Source of the DNA: Balneolaceae bacterium
GTDB lineage: Bacteria; Bacteroidota; Rhodothermia; Balneolales; Balneolaceae
NCBI GenBank assembly: GCA_040222455.1
Contig: JAVKDD010000033.1
Location: 180,671-244,670 of the forward strand
DNA: 64,000 nucleotides
Direction: 5' to 3'
Shown: one piece after another, positions 47,565-58,400 of the stretch
Layout of the letters: every line of letters begins with the position of its first letter
Numbering within the stretch: the stretch's first letter is position 1
Program-made: the position numbers and the translations under genes
Notes under the pieces: generated by a model
What the model saw: only the letters and a program-made list of their open reading frames with translations
Databases searched by the model: none
Told to the model about the DNA's origin: nothing

Positions 47565-48593
47565 ATCTTAATATCTACTGCTATAGAAGACGCTCGCACC
47601 CTTTTAGAACAAGTCATTACACTTAGTACTATCGATCCAATTACTCTATTTGGAGTTCATGATCATAATATTCGATTACTAGATCAGAACTTTCCTGAAA
47701 CTAAAATCAACGCTCGTGGCGAACGCGTTAAAATTACAGGTCCAAGTGAAGAAGTAGCTTTAGTTAAGGAAGTTATTGAAGGAATGATTGAAGTTGTTGA
47801 GCGTCGAAATAAGGTAACTGAAGACGATATCAAGACTTTAATAACTCTTAAAAGTGGGGAGTATAAAGCTCGCCAACGAAAACAACACCCGGCATTTAAA
47901 GGAGATGGTGATCTGATCCTCTATACCCATAAAGGGGAACAAATTCTTGCAAAAACTCCCGGTCAAAAAAGAATCGTTAAATCTTCTACCGCTAATGATA
48001 TCGTTTTTTCAATAGGTCCTGCTGGTACTGGGAAGACCTATACTTCCGTTGCTCTGGCTGTAAAAGCGTTAAAAGAACGGAAAGTTCAAAAAATCATTCT
48101 TGCACGACCTGCCGTTGAAGCTGGAGAAAATCTTGGTTTTCTTCCCGGTGATCTAAAGGAAAAAATCGATCCTTATCTACGTCCACTTTACGATTCTTTA
48201 GAAGATATGATCGATAAGGATAAACTTGATCTGCACCTTTCAAAAAATGTAATAGAGATCGCCCCTCTTGCTTATATGAGAGGTCGAACCCTGAACAATG
48301 CTTTTGTAATTCTTGATGAAGCTCAAAATGCTACGAATACACAAATGAAGATGTTCTTAACTCGTATTGGGTTCAATAGTAGAGCAATTATTACCGGAGA
48401 CATCACTCAAACAGACTTACCAAGAAAACAGCAATCAGGGCTTATCTCCATTCAAAAAATTCTTAAAGGGATTGAAGGAATTGATTTTGTGTATCTATCC
48501 GATGAAGATGTGGTACGTCATAAACTTGTGAGAGATATAATAAATGCATACGATCGTTTTGATAATGAAGAAAGTAATAAAGAAGCAAAGTGA
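47565..48593 (+). CDS. phoH: PhoH-family ATPase; the 5' end is uncertain because no canonical start codon precedes the conserved N-terminal domain
   Basis: Walker A is GPAGTGKTY and Walker B is FVILDEAQN, followed by ITGDITQTDLP. The conserved PhoH N-terminal region (LFGVHDHNIRLLDQNFPETKINARGERVKITG) is encoded in frame upstream of the first ATG (47784). The nominal start given here is ATC 47565; ATA 47571 is equally possible. Confidence 0.75.
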   Translation: MLISTAIEDARTLLEQVITLSTIDPITLFGVHDHNIRLLDQNFPETKINARGERVKITGPSEEVALVKEVIEGMIEVVERRNKVTEDDIKTLITLKSGEYKARQRKQHPAFKGDGDLILYTHKGEQILAKTPGQKRIVKSSTANDIVFSIGPAGTGKTYTSVALAVKALKERKVQKIILARPAVEAGENLGFLPGDLKEKIDPYLRPLYDSLEDMIDKDKLDLHLSKNVIEIAPLAYMRGRTLNNAFVILDEAQNATNTQMKMFLTRIGFNSRAIITGDITQTDLPRKQQSGLISIQKILKGIEGIDFVYLSDEDVVRHKLVRDIINAYDRFDNEESNKEAK

Positions 48594-49399
48594 GTAGTAA
48601 GAATACTTTCGTAGCGGCATTATATGAAGGTACCTTCTCTGTTGGGCTAGATCGTGTATTTAACAGAATTCCGCGAAATGGAAGCCCTGCAAAAGGAGCT
48701 TTAAAAATTTCGCTCAATCCATTTTTGATTGTCACACCAGATAAAAAAATCTTATTTGATTGCGGAATTGGTGAGTTTGGAGAAGATACAGGACCAAAGA
48801 TAATTCGTGAAAATTTGGAGATACATAATTTAACCGAATTCGATATTACAGATGTTTTTCTGAGTCATTTACACTATGATCACATTGGCGGATTAGCAAA
48901 CAAAGAGAATGGATATTGGGAATTAACATTTCCTGAGGCTAAAGTTTGGGCTTCAAAAAAAGACTGGGAACAAGCTACGGCAAAAGAAACTTGGTATGAT
49001 GAAGAAAAAACTGAATTTCTTGCCTTCGTTGATGCACGAGCCGACCTTCATTTTCTAAATGAAACCGACCAACCTTATCCCGAAATAAAAGTAGAAAAAA
49101 TTGGTGGACACACAGAATTTCATCAAGTTCTCTTTTTTGATGATGGCGAATATAAATACATGCAAGCCGGGGATGTTATTGCAACTCGAAGTCAAATTAA
49201 TCGGAAATTTGCTGCTAAATACGATTTTGATCCTGAGACAAGTCAGAAACAACGAGAACGCTTAGCTAAACTTGCTTTTGAAGAAGGATTCATCATCTTA
49301 GCTTTTCATGATGATGAAACTCCAATTGTTAAGATTATCGATCACGATGATAAATCAGGATACACTACTGAGGTAATAGAAAATAATGTCCCTTCCTGA
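48590..49399 (+). CDS. MBL-fold metallo-hydrolase
   Basis: 269 aa with the HLHYDHIGG motif. The GTG start overlaps the phoH stop by 4 nt. Confidence 0.7.
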   Translation: MSSKNTFVAALYEGTFSVGLDRVFNRIPRNGSPAKGALKISLNPFLIVTPDKKILFDCGIGEFGEDTGPKIIRENLEIHNLTEFDITDVFLSHLHYDHIGGLANKENGYWELTFPEAKVWASKKDWEQATAKETWYDEEKTEFLAFVDARADLHFLNETDQPYPEIKVEKIGGHTEFHQVLFFDDGEYKYMQAGDVIATRSQINRKFAAKYDFDPETSQKQRERLAKLAFEEGFIILAFHDDETPIVKIIDHDDKSGYTTEVIENNVPS

Positions 49400-50177
49400 A
49401 CATATTAATACCATTAAAACTTTTCTACTCACGCAAAGATTTCCTGTATCTATCGATGCTGCAGTTATTCTCGGCTCAGGATTAGGTAGCTTTGGAAATG
49501 AAATTGAACAACCTATTATCATTCCCTATTCATCCATTCCTGAATTTCCGCAATCTACCGTTGAAGGACATTCTGGTTCTTTGATTTTTGGGGATATTGA
49601 TGGAAAAAGTGTTCTAGCTTTCTCCGGTCGTTTTCATTTCTATGAAGGATACGGCTTCGATAAAACTGTGCTTCCTGTTCAGTTATCAAATGCTTTTGGG
49701 GTTGAAAAGCTCATCATTTCAAATGCTGCAGGTGGAATTAACCTAGACTTTAGAGTGGGTGATTTAATGGTTATTGACTCGGTTTTGAGCCCAGCTAAAG
49801 AGCTGCCTGATTTTGAGAATTCTGGGATAGACCAACTATTGAAGACAAATGCTGTAGAAGTAAAAAATGTAGCCGACAGCTTAACCATTCCTATTAAGCA
49901 AGGAAGCTATTTATATGTAACCGGACCAAATTATGAAACCAAGTCCGAAATCCATGCCTTTCGCTTTTTAGGTGGAGATGCGGTAGGAATGAGTACTGCG
50001 CCGGAGTTAATCGAAGCTGCGAAACTAGGAACAAAAGCGGTGGCAATTTCCCTCATCACAAATGCCGCAGCTGGAATTACAGGAGAAGTTCTTGATCACG
50101 CAGAAGTAAAAGAAGCTGCTGATTCTAAAAAAGAAGTTTTTGCTGAGCTGGTTAAGGGGTTGATTGGAGGTATGTAA
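49386..50177 (+). CDS. Purine nucleoside phosphorylase (trimeric PNP/MTAP family)
   Basis: 263 aa. It has GRFHFYEGY, GPNYETKSEIHAFR and GMSTAPE. Confidence 0.85.
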   Translation: MSLPEHINTIKTFLLTQRFPVSIDAAVILGSGLGSFGNEIEQPIIIPYSSIPEFPQSTVEGHSGSLIFGDIDGKSVLAFSGRFHFYEGYGFDKTVLPVQLSNAFGVEKLIISNAAGGINLDFRVGDLMVIDSVLSPAKELPDFENSGIDQLLKTNAVEVKNVADSLTIPIKQGSYLYVTGPNYETKSEIHAFRFLGGDAVGMSTAPELIEAAKLGTKAVAISLITNAAAGITGEVLDHAEVKEAADSKKEVFAELVKGLIGGM

Positions 50178-50809
50178 TGACCATCCAAGAAGAGTTTGAA
50201 GAAATAAAAAAAATTTTCAAGTGGATATCAAAAAAAATATTTGGGAAAGTTTACGATGAGCTTTCATTATATGTGATGAGTATCTCATTTATTCTGATTC
50301 TTGTCTTAGATAGAAACTCTTTTTCTGACTTAATTTATCTCTCAAAGCAAGATTTGCGGTTTTATATTATAATTCCTGGATTCATTTACGGTATTATTCT
50401 TTCGATTTATCATGTATTTACAGATAGAAAGAAAACCTCAATCAGTAAATCATGGATGCTTTATTTTGCACTAACGTTGCAAATGTTAGTAGCAATGATT
50501 GCTCTTTCATATGCATTATATGATGATTCTATTTCTATAATATATCCGATACTTAATTTCTTTTACGTAGCCATCATGTTTAAGCTTGAAGAGTATGAAT
50601 CTCTTGAATTATTTCATATTAGTGATAGGAATACAAGTTTCGTTGAGGTTTTCTTTTCAACTGTTGTTGTTGGTATTGTCGTATTGGTTTCTACTGTTTT
50701 ATTTAGAAATTTTTGGATTGAGACTCTTTCAATTACTGTAATATTAGGTAACCAGATAAGTACATTGTCACACAAAGCAACAAGTAACCTTCTCAAATTA
50801 GATTTATAA
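50177..50809 (+). CDS. Hypothetical multi-pass membrane protein
   Basis: 210 aa with at least 5 hydrophobic segments. The start overlaps the PNP stop (ATG/TAA share 1 nt). I recognise no family. Confidence 0.4.
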   Translation: MTIQEEFEEIKKIFKWISKKIFGKVYDELSLYVMSISFILILVLDRNSFSDLIYLSKQDLRFYIIIPGFIYGIILSIYHVFTDRKKTSISKSWMLYFALTLQMLVAMIALSYALYDDSISIIYPILNFFYVAIMFKLEEYESLELFHISDRNTSFVEVFFSTVVVGIVVLVSTVLFRNFWIETLSITVILGNQISTLSHKATSNLLKLDL

Positions 50810-51005
50810 TATTACTAGTTGCTACAACTTTTCTACAAACTTAGATTAGTAAGAGGATATACATGAATAGTGGTAAATATTCCGAATAAATCTACTAAAA
50901 TAATCAGATTTGTCAGGATGACCCTCTTTCTCTTTATTTCAATAAAGTCAGCGAATTTTTAAACAACTTCAATGGTGACGCTTTTTAAATTTTTTTAAAA
51001 ATAGT

Positions 51006-52370
51006 CTATTGCTTCGCAGGAACTCTCGGAATCATCATTATTTCTTTTTGGCGACCATCTATGTACCAAACACCAGACTCATCAAAAAAAGCATCCTCTT
51101 CGAGCATGATTCTAATTTCCTTGCCCCACTCTTCAATGTAAGTAGCGGCGTTTAGTTCAATTGAATAGGCTGTATTTAAATGGAGTGGATAATCACCATC
51201 TCCAGGAACTCCACCTTGTGCATCCCACATTCCTAGCGTAGTTCCAGCAGCATGTCCATGATACCCAATTGGGTGGGTATAAATACTAGGATTGATCCCT
51301 TCGGCTATTGCTTGTTCTCTTGACATTTTAAGGACTTCATTACCTGTTCTGCCTTCTTTAAAGTTGTTGGTGAATATGTCTTGAAGACGATTACCGTTAT
51401 CAAAAGCTTTATTCAAATATTCTGGGACTTCAGTTTCTCCTGGTCGAAGCACATAGGCATGTTGTTGGGTATCGGTATTCAATCGTAGATAAGTAATCCC
51501 AAAATCAACATGAAGTAAATCACCAGGAATAATTATGTTTTCACTGGGTCTGCTATCAAAAGTTCGCAGATGATCAAAAGACTCCGGGTCGGCTCGTTGA
51601 ATGGAAACACTGGGATGAAACCAAGTAACCAATTTCAGTTCTCGTATTTTTTCTCTGTACCACCATACCAAATCATCGGTTGATGTAACCCCGGGTTGAA
51701 TAACTTTATCAGAAAATCCTTCCGCTATAATTTCATGTGCAATTCGAACAATCTGAGGATATAAAACCATTTCTTTCTTTGAACGGGTTTCAAGCCATCC
51801 AACTGCTACTTTTTCTGCAGAAACCAGTTTTTTTGAGTACTCTTCACCGATTCCTGTTTTCAGTTCTTCATAATCGGTAAGAACCATTCCATCGGCATGT
51901 TGCCAATCAGTTGAAGTATTAATTCCAATTTTTTTGGGATTTCGTTCTTCTATAATTTCTTTCAATCGAGCCCATTGATTTGGTTGTACTTCTTTATCCC
52001 ATGCTTTCTTAAATGTTTCCCCAACATCATATCTAGCTACTGCTAACGTTTCTAAACCTTCTTCTTCCCCTCTATCAAAAACCACAAGAATAGTTCTTCG
52101 CCTTGCCGCTAACCAGGTTGCCGGAAGCAATGTTTTGATTACCGGATCTTCATTATACTCTCTAGAAATAATCAACCACATATCCAGCCCTTCTTTTCGC
52201 ATAATCTCAGGAAGTATCGTTTCTACTTTATCTGCAAGAAGATCATCAATAACAATTGCTCGTTCTTTCATTGATAAAATCTCAGGGTAATTCTGAGCCT
52301 GAGCTGATTTAACAATGAATATTGTGTAAAGAACAAGGAATAATGAAGTAAGTAATGTTGTTTTTTTCAT
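51006..52370 (-). CDS. M24-family metallopeptidase (Xaa-Pro aminopeptidase-like), secreted
   Basis: 454 aa with a signal peptide. GDLLHVDFGITY, HPIGYHGHAAG and YSIELNA follow the M24 metal-ligand pattern. Confidence 0.75.
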   Translation of the reverse strand: MKKTTLLTSLFLVLYTIFIVKSAQAQNYPEILSMKERAIVIDDLLADKVETILPEIMRKEGLDMWLIISREYNEDPVIKTLLPATWLAARRRTILVVFDRGEEEGLETLAVARYDVGETFKKAWDKEVQPNQWARLKEIIEERNPKKIGINTSTDWQHADGMVLTDYEELKTGIGEEYSKKLVSAEKVAVGWLETRSKKEMVLYPQIVRIAHEIIAEGFSDKVIQPGVTSTDDLVWWYREKIRELKLVTWFHPSVSIQRADPESFDHLRTFDSRPSENIIIPGDLLHVDFGITYLRLNTDTQQHAYVLRPGETEVPEYLNKAFDNGNRLQDIFTNNFKEGRTGNEVLKMSREQAIAEGINPSIYTHPIGYHGHAAGTTLGMWDAQGGVPGDGDYPLHLNTAYSIELNAATYIEEWGKEIRIMLEEDAFFDESGVWYIDGRQKEIMMIPRVPAKQ

Positions 52371-52436
52371 CGTGTCTTTGATTGGATACTAGTTAATTTT
52401 TTGAAGGTCTAGATTTAATTGATCATTGAATATTCA

Positions 52437-54236
52437 TTATTCCCCGGTAAGCCATGCATCTCTTTTTGCTCTTTTTTGCCGATTTGCACGTTTATCTATT
52501 TCAGTTTTTAAACTATCAGAAGCTCCTAAAGTCACTCGAACCCTCTTTTCTTGTCCCCATCTTAAAAGTACTACCTCAACTGATTGACCGGGTCGTCTAC
52601 GTTTAAGAATTTCATCGACGCTTTCTACATCACTTAACCGAATGCCACCAATAGATATAATTTCATCTTCAGATTCGATTCCTGCTTCATAAAGTGGACT
52701 TCCAATTAATGCGTTTGTTGTGAGCCTCCAAACTCCTTCTTGTTCTTGGATATTACCTCCTAGAACTGCTCGATTCGAATCCTCTAACTCAAAGTTAACA
52801 CCCATTTCATCAAAAAGTGATTTATAGTCTGGCATTTCGCTATTAAAAATATGACGCTCAAAAAACTGGGATGCAAATTCTTGTCCTGCATACTCTTTTA
52901 AAATAGCTTCTAAATCCCGAATCGAATATGGAATCTCGGTTTTACCATAGTGCTCCCACACTAATTTCATGTAATCGTCAAGGTTTAATCCATTATCCAG
53001 CAATCGTAGCGACATATCCAGCGCAAGCCCGAGCACACTTCCATATGAGTAGTAAGAAACAAAGATGTTATTATCGTTTGTAGGATCTATAGAAGTAGCA
53101 GCATCCACAAAAGGGGCCCGATAACTCATTTCAATTGGGTTAAAAAACTTCCTTCCCGGAGAATTAATCACATAGTTAAGTGTTCCGTCTAACCCTTCTA
53201 TATACTGATCATGTGTTCTAATTCCTGCTCTTGCAAGAATCAACCCTGTATAATAACTGGTAAAACCTTCAGCAAACCAGAGTTCTCCACTCATATTTGC
53301 TTCCTCAAAGTCGAAAGGCTCAAGAGAAGCCGGGCGAATTCTTTCCACATTCCAGGCATGAAAAAACTCATGTGAGATGGTACTTAAGCGGTATTCTCCA
53401 AGAGGTTCATCTAAATCTTTTGAACCCGTTACAATCGTTGAATTTCGATGTTCCATTCCATCTCCACTTGCATTGGGCATGTAACAAGATAAAAATGTGT
53501 ATTCGCCGAAATCGAAAGTTGGTAATTCGCCAAAAACATCACGTTGAGCCTCTACTATGGCTATAACTTTCCCAAAATATTCATTCACTTCCCTATCATT
53601 TGCAGGAGTATGTAAAACTAAACGAATTAGCTGTCCATCAATCATTTCCTCTCTCAAATGATAATCTGCAATTTCGATTGGACTATCCATAAAATAATAG
53701 GTGTCCGGAGCGTAATACTTTTTCTCATCCATTTGCTTCAGCTGAGTAGCAACCTGCCAGTTCAAGTCTTCTCGAATATTAAACGTTACCTCCACTGGGC
53801 GATGCTGATAATCACGTGCAAAAACGAAAGTGGCAGGAATATTTAAATGGGCATGTGATTCATCTATTTGAGAATAAGTTCCCCCTCCTCGATTTGCAAA
53901 TAATGTATACTCAAATCTAACCATTCCATCGTGACCTACCACATCCCATTGTTGGGGATTTGGTCGGGAGATTTCAAGTTCATTTCCATTGCTATCAAAT
54001 GCTTTTACACTATATACATTTTTAGCAAAGTTATGTATAGCATATCTACCGGGTGAAGTCCTGCTCATTCTTATTTCAAGAGGTTTTGCATCCAAATTTT
54101 TAAAAACAGCCGTTATGTTAGCTTCGTGATGCACCGCATTTTCGAACGAGATTGAATATTCATTGGCTGTTTGTGCACTTAATCCCCCATAATAAGTAAT
54201 AATAAGAAAAATAGACAGTGGTATGATTTTTTGCAT
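52437..54236 (-). CDS. M61 glycyl aminopeptidase-family protein with a C-terminal PDZ domain
   Basis: It has the ISHEFFHAWNVERIRP zinc motif and WFAEGFTSYY. The PDZ-like segment is GSPLYEAGIESEDEIISIGGIRL. The internal ATG at 54236 gives the signal peptide MQKIIPLSIFLIITYYGGLSAQ. Confidence 0.8.
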   Translation of the reverse strand: MQKIIPLSIFLIITYYGGLSAQTANEYSISFENAVHHEANITAVFKNLDAKPLEIRMSRTSPGRYAIHNFAKNVYSVKAFDSNGNELEISRPNPQQWDVVGHDGMVRFEYTLFANRGGGTYSQIDESHAHLNIPATFVFARDYQHRPVEVTFNIREDLNWQVATQLKQMDEKKYYAPDTYYFMDSPIEIADYHLREEMIDGQLIRLVLHTPANDREVNEYFGKVIAIVEAQRDVFGELPTFDFGEYTFLSCYMPNASGDGMEHRNSTIVTGSKDLDEPLGEYRLSTISHEFFHAWNVERIRPASLEPFDFEEANMSGELWFAEGFTSYYTGLILARAGIRTHDQYIEGLDGTLNYVINSPGRKFFNPIEMSYRAPFVDAATSIDPTNDNNIFVSYYSYGSVLGLALDMSLRLLDNGLNLDDYMKLVWEHYGKTEIPYSIRDLEAILKEYAGQEFASQFFERHIFNSEMPDYKSLFDEMGVNFELEDSNRAVLGGNIQEQEGVWRLTTNALIGSPLYEAGIESEDEIISIGGIRLSDVESVDEILKRRRPGQSVEVVLLRWGQEKRVRVTLGASDSLKTEIDKRANRQKRAKRDAWLTGE

Positions 54237-54359
54237 AGGTAGATCTAATTTAAAAAGAAAGGTGAATATGAAGAGCTTTAAAGAGTGTTGCAAGAGTAAG
54301 GACGTTAAAGATTTAAAAGAGGACTTTTCCATACCTTAATTTTCATTTACTTTACTACA

Positions 54360-54731
54360 ATGAAAAAAATAACTGTATTATTGTTTTTAGGTCTATTAAT
54401 TACTCAAGAAGTAAATGCCCAAAGTTTTTTAGATAAAACTTTTCAAACCCCACTTGCAATTAACAAGGTTTCTTCGAATTTAGAATCATCTCATCTAACC
54501 GATTTTTCGTTTAAAGTGAATATTTCTGAGATTCTACCTGATAAGAACTCTTTATTATTATCCTCATTAAAGGTAACAGAGGGTTTAAAGTTTCAATCAT
54601 CACTCGATCAATTTAGTTCAATGCCTTTGTTCGATTTTAGAGCATATAATCCTGTTTCTGTCAGTGATTATAATGATCATCTCTCCAGAAATTATCTCAT
54701 GCTTAATTCATCATTTCCGAAAATATGGTAG
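54360..54731 (+). CDS. Small secreted hypothetical protein
   Basis: 123 aa with a signal peptide (MKKITVLLFLGLLITQEVNAQ). I recognise no family. Confidence 0.3.
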   Translation: MKKITVLLFLGLLITQEVNAQSFLDKTFQTPLAINKVSSNLESSHLTDFSFKVNISEILPDKNSLLLSSLKVTEGLKFQSSLDQFSSMPLFDFRAYNPVSVSDYNDHLSRNYLMLNSSFPKIW

Positions 54732-55477
54732 GCTCAGTTTCTTTAACAATATCGGATAACATTGGTACGATTGAATTTCAACACCCTAAAGGAAATTCGC
54801 TTCCAAAGAAGTTATTAAATGAATTGGCAGAAGAAATAAATGCGGCGGGTTCTGATAAAAAAATAGCAGTGATTGTTTTAAAAAGCGTAGGGAATGGAGC
54901 TTTCTGTGCAGGTGCCTCTTTTGATGAACTTGCAGAGATTGATAGCAATGAAAAAGGATCTCAATTTTTTTCGGGTTTTGCCAAGGTTATTCTTGCAATG
55001 AAAAACTGTCCTAAGCTAATACTGTGCCGTGTTCAGGGTAAAGCTGTGGGTGGTGGTGTTGGTATTATTGCAGCTGCAGACTATGCGATCGCAAGTTCCG
55101 AGGCTTCTATAAAACTTAGTGAGCTTAATTTGGGGATTGGACCATTCGTAATTGCTCCTGTTGTAGAACGTAAAATTGGTATTTCCGCACTTTCCTCTCT
55201 TAGTATTAATGCTTCTAGCTGGAGAAGTGCTAATTGGGCAAATGAGAAAGGTCTTTACAATGATGTTTTTGAATCATCGTATTTACTTGACGAAGCTATA
55301 AATACCCTTGCTACCAACCTTTCGAAAAGTAGCCCTGAAGCAATGATGGAATTAAAAAACGTGCTATGGGAAGGATTTGAATTAATGGAAGATAAATTGA
55401 AAAAAAGAGCTCAAATCAGTGGGGCATTAGCCCAAAGTGATTTTACAAAAAAATTTATTGAACAATTTAAATCCTAG
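54725..55477 (+). CDS. Enoyl-CoA hydratase/isomerase (crotonase) family protein
   Basis: 250 aa with the FCAGASFDEL oxyanion-hole region and GKAVGGGVGIIAAADYAIAS. Confidence 0.8.
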   Translation: MVGSVSLTISDNIGTIEFQHPKGNSLPKKLLNELAEEINAAGSDKKIAVIVLKSVGNGAFCAGASFDELAEIDSNEKGSQFFSGFAKVILAMKNCPKLILCRVQGKAVGGGVGIIAAADYAIASSEASIKLSELNLGIGPFVIAPVVERKIGISALSSLSINASSWRSANWANEKGLYNDVFESSYLLDEAINTLATNLSKSSPEAMMELKNVLWEGFELMEDKLKKRAQISGALAQSDFTKKFIEQFKS

Positions 55478-58400
55478 CTTCTTTTTTTATTTTTAGGAAT
55501 AATGAGCTCAAAGCACGATCCATTTACCCCATTATATTTAATGTTTGCTCCTATCTGGGAACAAAGAGAATGAACTAGACTAATACCAAGTGAATCTTGG
55601 TTAGTTTCCAAAATATTTTCTGTTGAACCTATTCCATTGTCTCGAATAATCATAGTATAGTAGCTATCATGATCTTCGAAATTTATAAAAACCTCACCTA
55701 TTTTAACTTCATTGAATGCATGTTTATAACAATTGCTCAATAATTCATTTACAATTAGACCTATCGGAATGCCAATATTCACATTAATATGCGTTTGAGT
55801 TGATTCAAGTTTAACCTCTACTTCGCAATTGGGATTTCTCATTGTCGCAGAAATACTTAACACCAATTCTTTTAGGAATTTATTAAAATCTACACGCGCT
55901 AAATCTTTGTTTTGATAAAGGTTTTCGTGAATCTTTGACATAGCAAGTACACGCAATTTACTTTCTTGAATTGCCTTTTTTGCATCTCCTTCAGGAATAT
56001 TCCAGCTTTGAAGTTCGAGTAACCCTGAGACCACTGCAAGGTTATTCTTAACTCTGTGATGAATTTCTTTAATAAGAACTTCCTTTTCATTTAAAGCAGA
56101 TTGCAGGTCCTTGGTTTTCTCTTCTACTAGAATTTTTAATTGCTTTTTTTCTATCTTTTCAGCAGTTATTCGAACCAAAATGAAAATAGCTAACACAAAA
56201 GTTAACCCTACTAAAAAGTAAAACGGAATGGTTCTCCAATATGGGTTTTCTATCTCAAACGTTGTTAATAAAACAGGTTCTCCCCAGCTGGATTTTATCG
56301 ATTTAGTTTGTACAAAAAATTTGTATTCGCCAGGAGGGATATGTGTATATCTTACATCACTAAGATTAGTTGAAGACTCCCATTGGGTATCAAATCCTTC
56401 CAGTTTATATTTATAAATAATTCTGTTTGGGTTTTTGTGATCTATTCCATTAAATCTGATTTCAATATTATTATTGTCATAACCCAGAACTAAGTCGTTT
56501 GTACTCAAATCGTTTTTCAATTGGTCATAAACCAATTCATTATTTACGAGTATTTCTCTTAAGTAAACATTGGGAGCGCCTTTACGACTATTTTTAGTGT
56601 TAGAAAATGTACTTTCTACTTTCACTAGACCTTTAGAATTACTTCCGAACCAAAGGCTTCCATCCTCTTCCAATACACTTGCATGACCGTTGAATTCAAT
56701 TCCATGGCCATAATCATTAAATGCATAATGTTCTTGAGGTGCCATTTGCCCGAATTCCCAGTTATTCAAATCAAAATAATTTATCCCTCCATTGGTAGCT
56801 TGCCATAAGTTTCCATTTTTATCAAACTGTAAAAAAATGGTTTCTTGCATATATAAGTCTAGGGTTCTAAAAGGTAAAATTTTAGTTGGCATTCCTTTTT
56901 CATCAAAATCTGAAAGAATAAATATCCCCTTATTTGTTCCCACCCAAATGTTTCCATTTTTATCTTCTTCAACATCAAAAATATTACCGCCTTCTAATCC
57001 CTCTTTAGATGTTAGATAATTAAATGATTTACCGTCGAAATGTGCAAGTCCGGAATGAGTTCCTATCCAGTAATATTCTCTTGAATCTTTATCTATTGAT
57101 ATAAGATCGGTTTGCCAAAATACCTTATCAGGAGGTGGGAACTTGGTAATTTCACCTTCTTTATATCTTAAAAGCATATCAAACGCTGCAAACCAAATTG
57201 AGCCATCTTCTTTATCAATAAAAATATCACTTATGTAGTACTCATAAATCTCTTCAAAAAATTTGGGGCGGAAAAAATTCGTGCCATCAAACTCAATGAT
57301 ATCATAATCTAAACTTAGCATTATTATGTTACCATTTGGGAGTTCTTCTATGTCCCAAATCTCTCCTTCATCAAAGTATTCTTTAGGAATTGAATAGTTG
57401 AAAAACTGATTGTTTTCTAGTTTACTAATTCCATTCTCTGTTCCAACCCAAATACTTCCATCAGAGTGTAGTAAAGTGCTAAACACAGAATTTGCATTTA
57501 AAGCAGAACCACTATCATAAATCAGGAAGTTTTGATCTTTTAAAATACTAACCCCATCTCCGTCAGTGGCGATCCAAATAGTACCTTCATCATCTTTAAC
57601 CAGTCTATATATAAAATTACTACTTAGCCCATTTCTCTTTTTAATCTGAATAAAGCTAACACCATCATATATAAATAGTCCATTTCTTTCAGTACCTATC
57701 CATATTGAACCATTATCATCTTCAGAAATTGAGAATACATAGCCAAGCTTTGTTCCGTTTATATTTTTAATCGTTTCAATACTAAAATCTGGTTTAATGA
57801 TAGTAATACCATCACTTGTAGGTACCCATTTATCTCCATTACTAGATTCAAAAACTTGATATGCGAACTCACCTGATAGCCCTGAGTTTGAAGTAAGTGT
57901 ATAAGTGATTCCTTCACTTGGTTCGTATCTAGCTATTCCTTTAGACGTTGACACCCAGAAGTTACCATCCCCATCTTGGGTAAGATCCCAAATCTGATTG
58001 CTTGGTAACCCGTTTTCAGTAGATAATACTTTAGTTAATTCTCCTCCCTTTTCCCATTCATAAACGCCATTCTTATCAGAACCAAACCAAATTTTACCAT
58101 CAACACCATCACTCATATAATGTATGAGCAGTGTATCTAATACGGATAATTCTGGAACCTTAATAAACCGATTTTCTTCAAATTTAAAAACTCCACCTAA
58201 TTCAGTTACCGCCCATAAATCATTATCCTGATCTTTATAAATATCATTAATCAATTCATCATTCAAGCCATCTTCAGAAGTGTAATTCTGATAGTTTTTT
58301 CCATCATATTTTACAAGCCCATTAGTGGTTGCGAACCACACCAACCCTTGATCATCGATAATTACGTCATATACAAAACTTGATGGTAAACCATCATTTA

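Noticed and set aside
49386-50177. Purine nucleoside phosphorylase as a possible anti-phage effector, since PNP-domain effectors exist in some defence systems.
   Set aside because: The protein is a full-length housekeeping-type trimeric PNP (GRFHFYEGY, GMSTAPE). It has no sensor, cyclase or two-component partner nearby, and the context looks metabolic.
50810-51005. 196-bp convergent intergenic gap with A/T palindromes (TTTTTAA...TTAAAAA) and an 8-codon ORF (MNSGKYSE).
   Set aside because: The stems are all A/T and would be unstable, and the mini-ORF has no support. This is probably plain AT-rich spacer or weak bidirectional termination.
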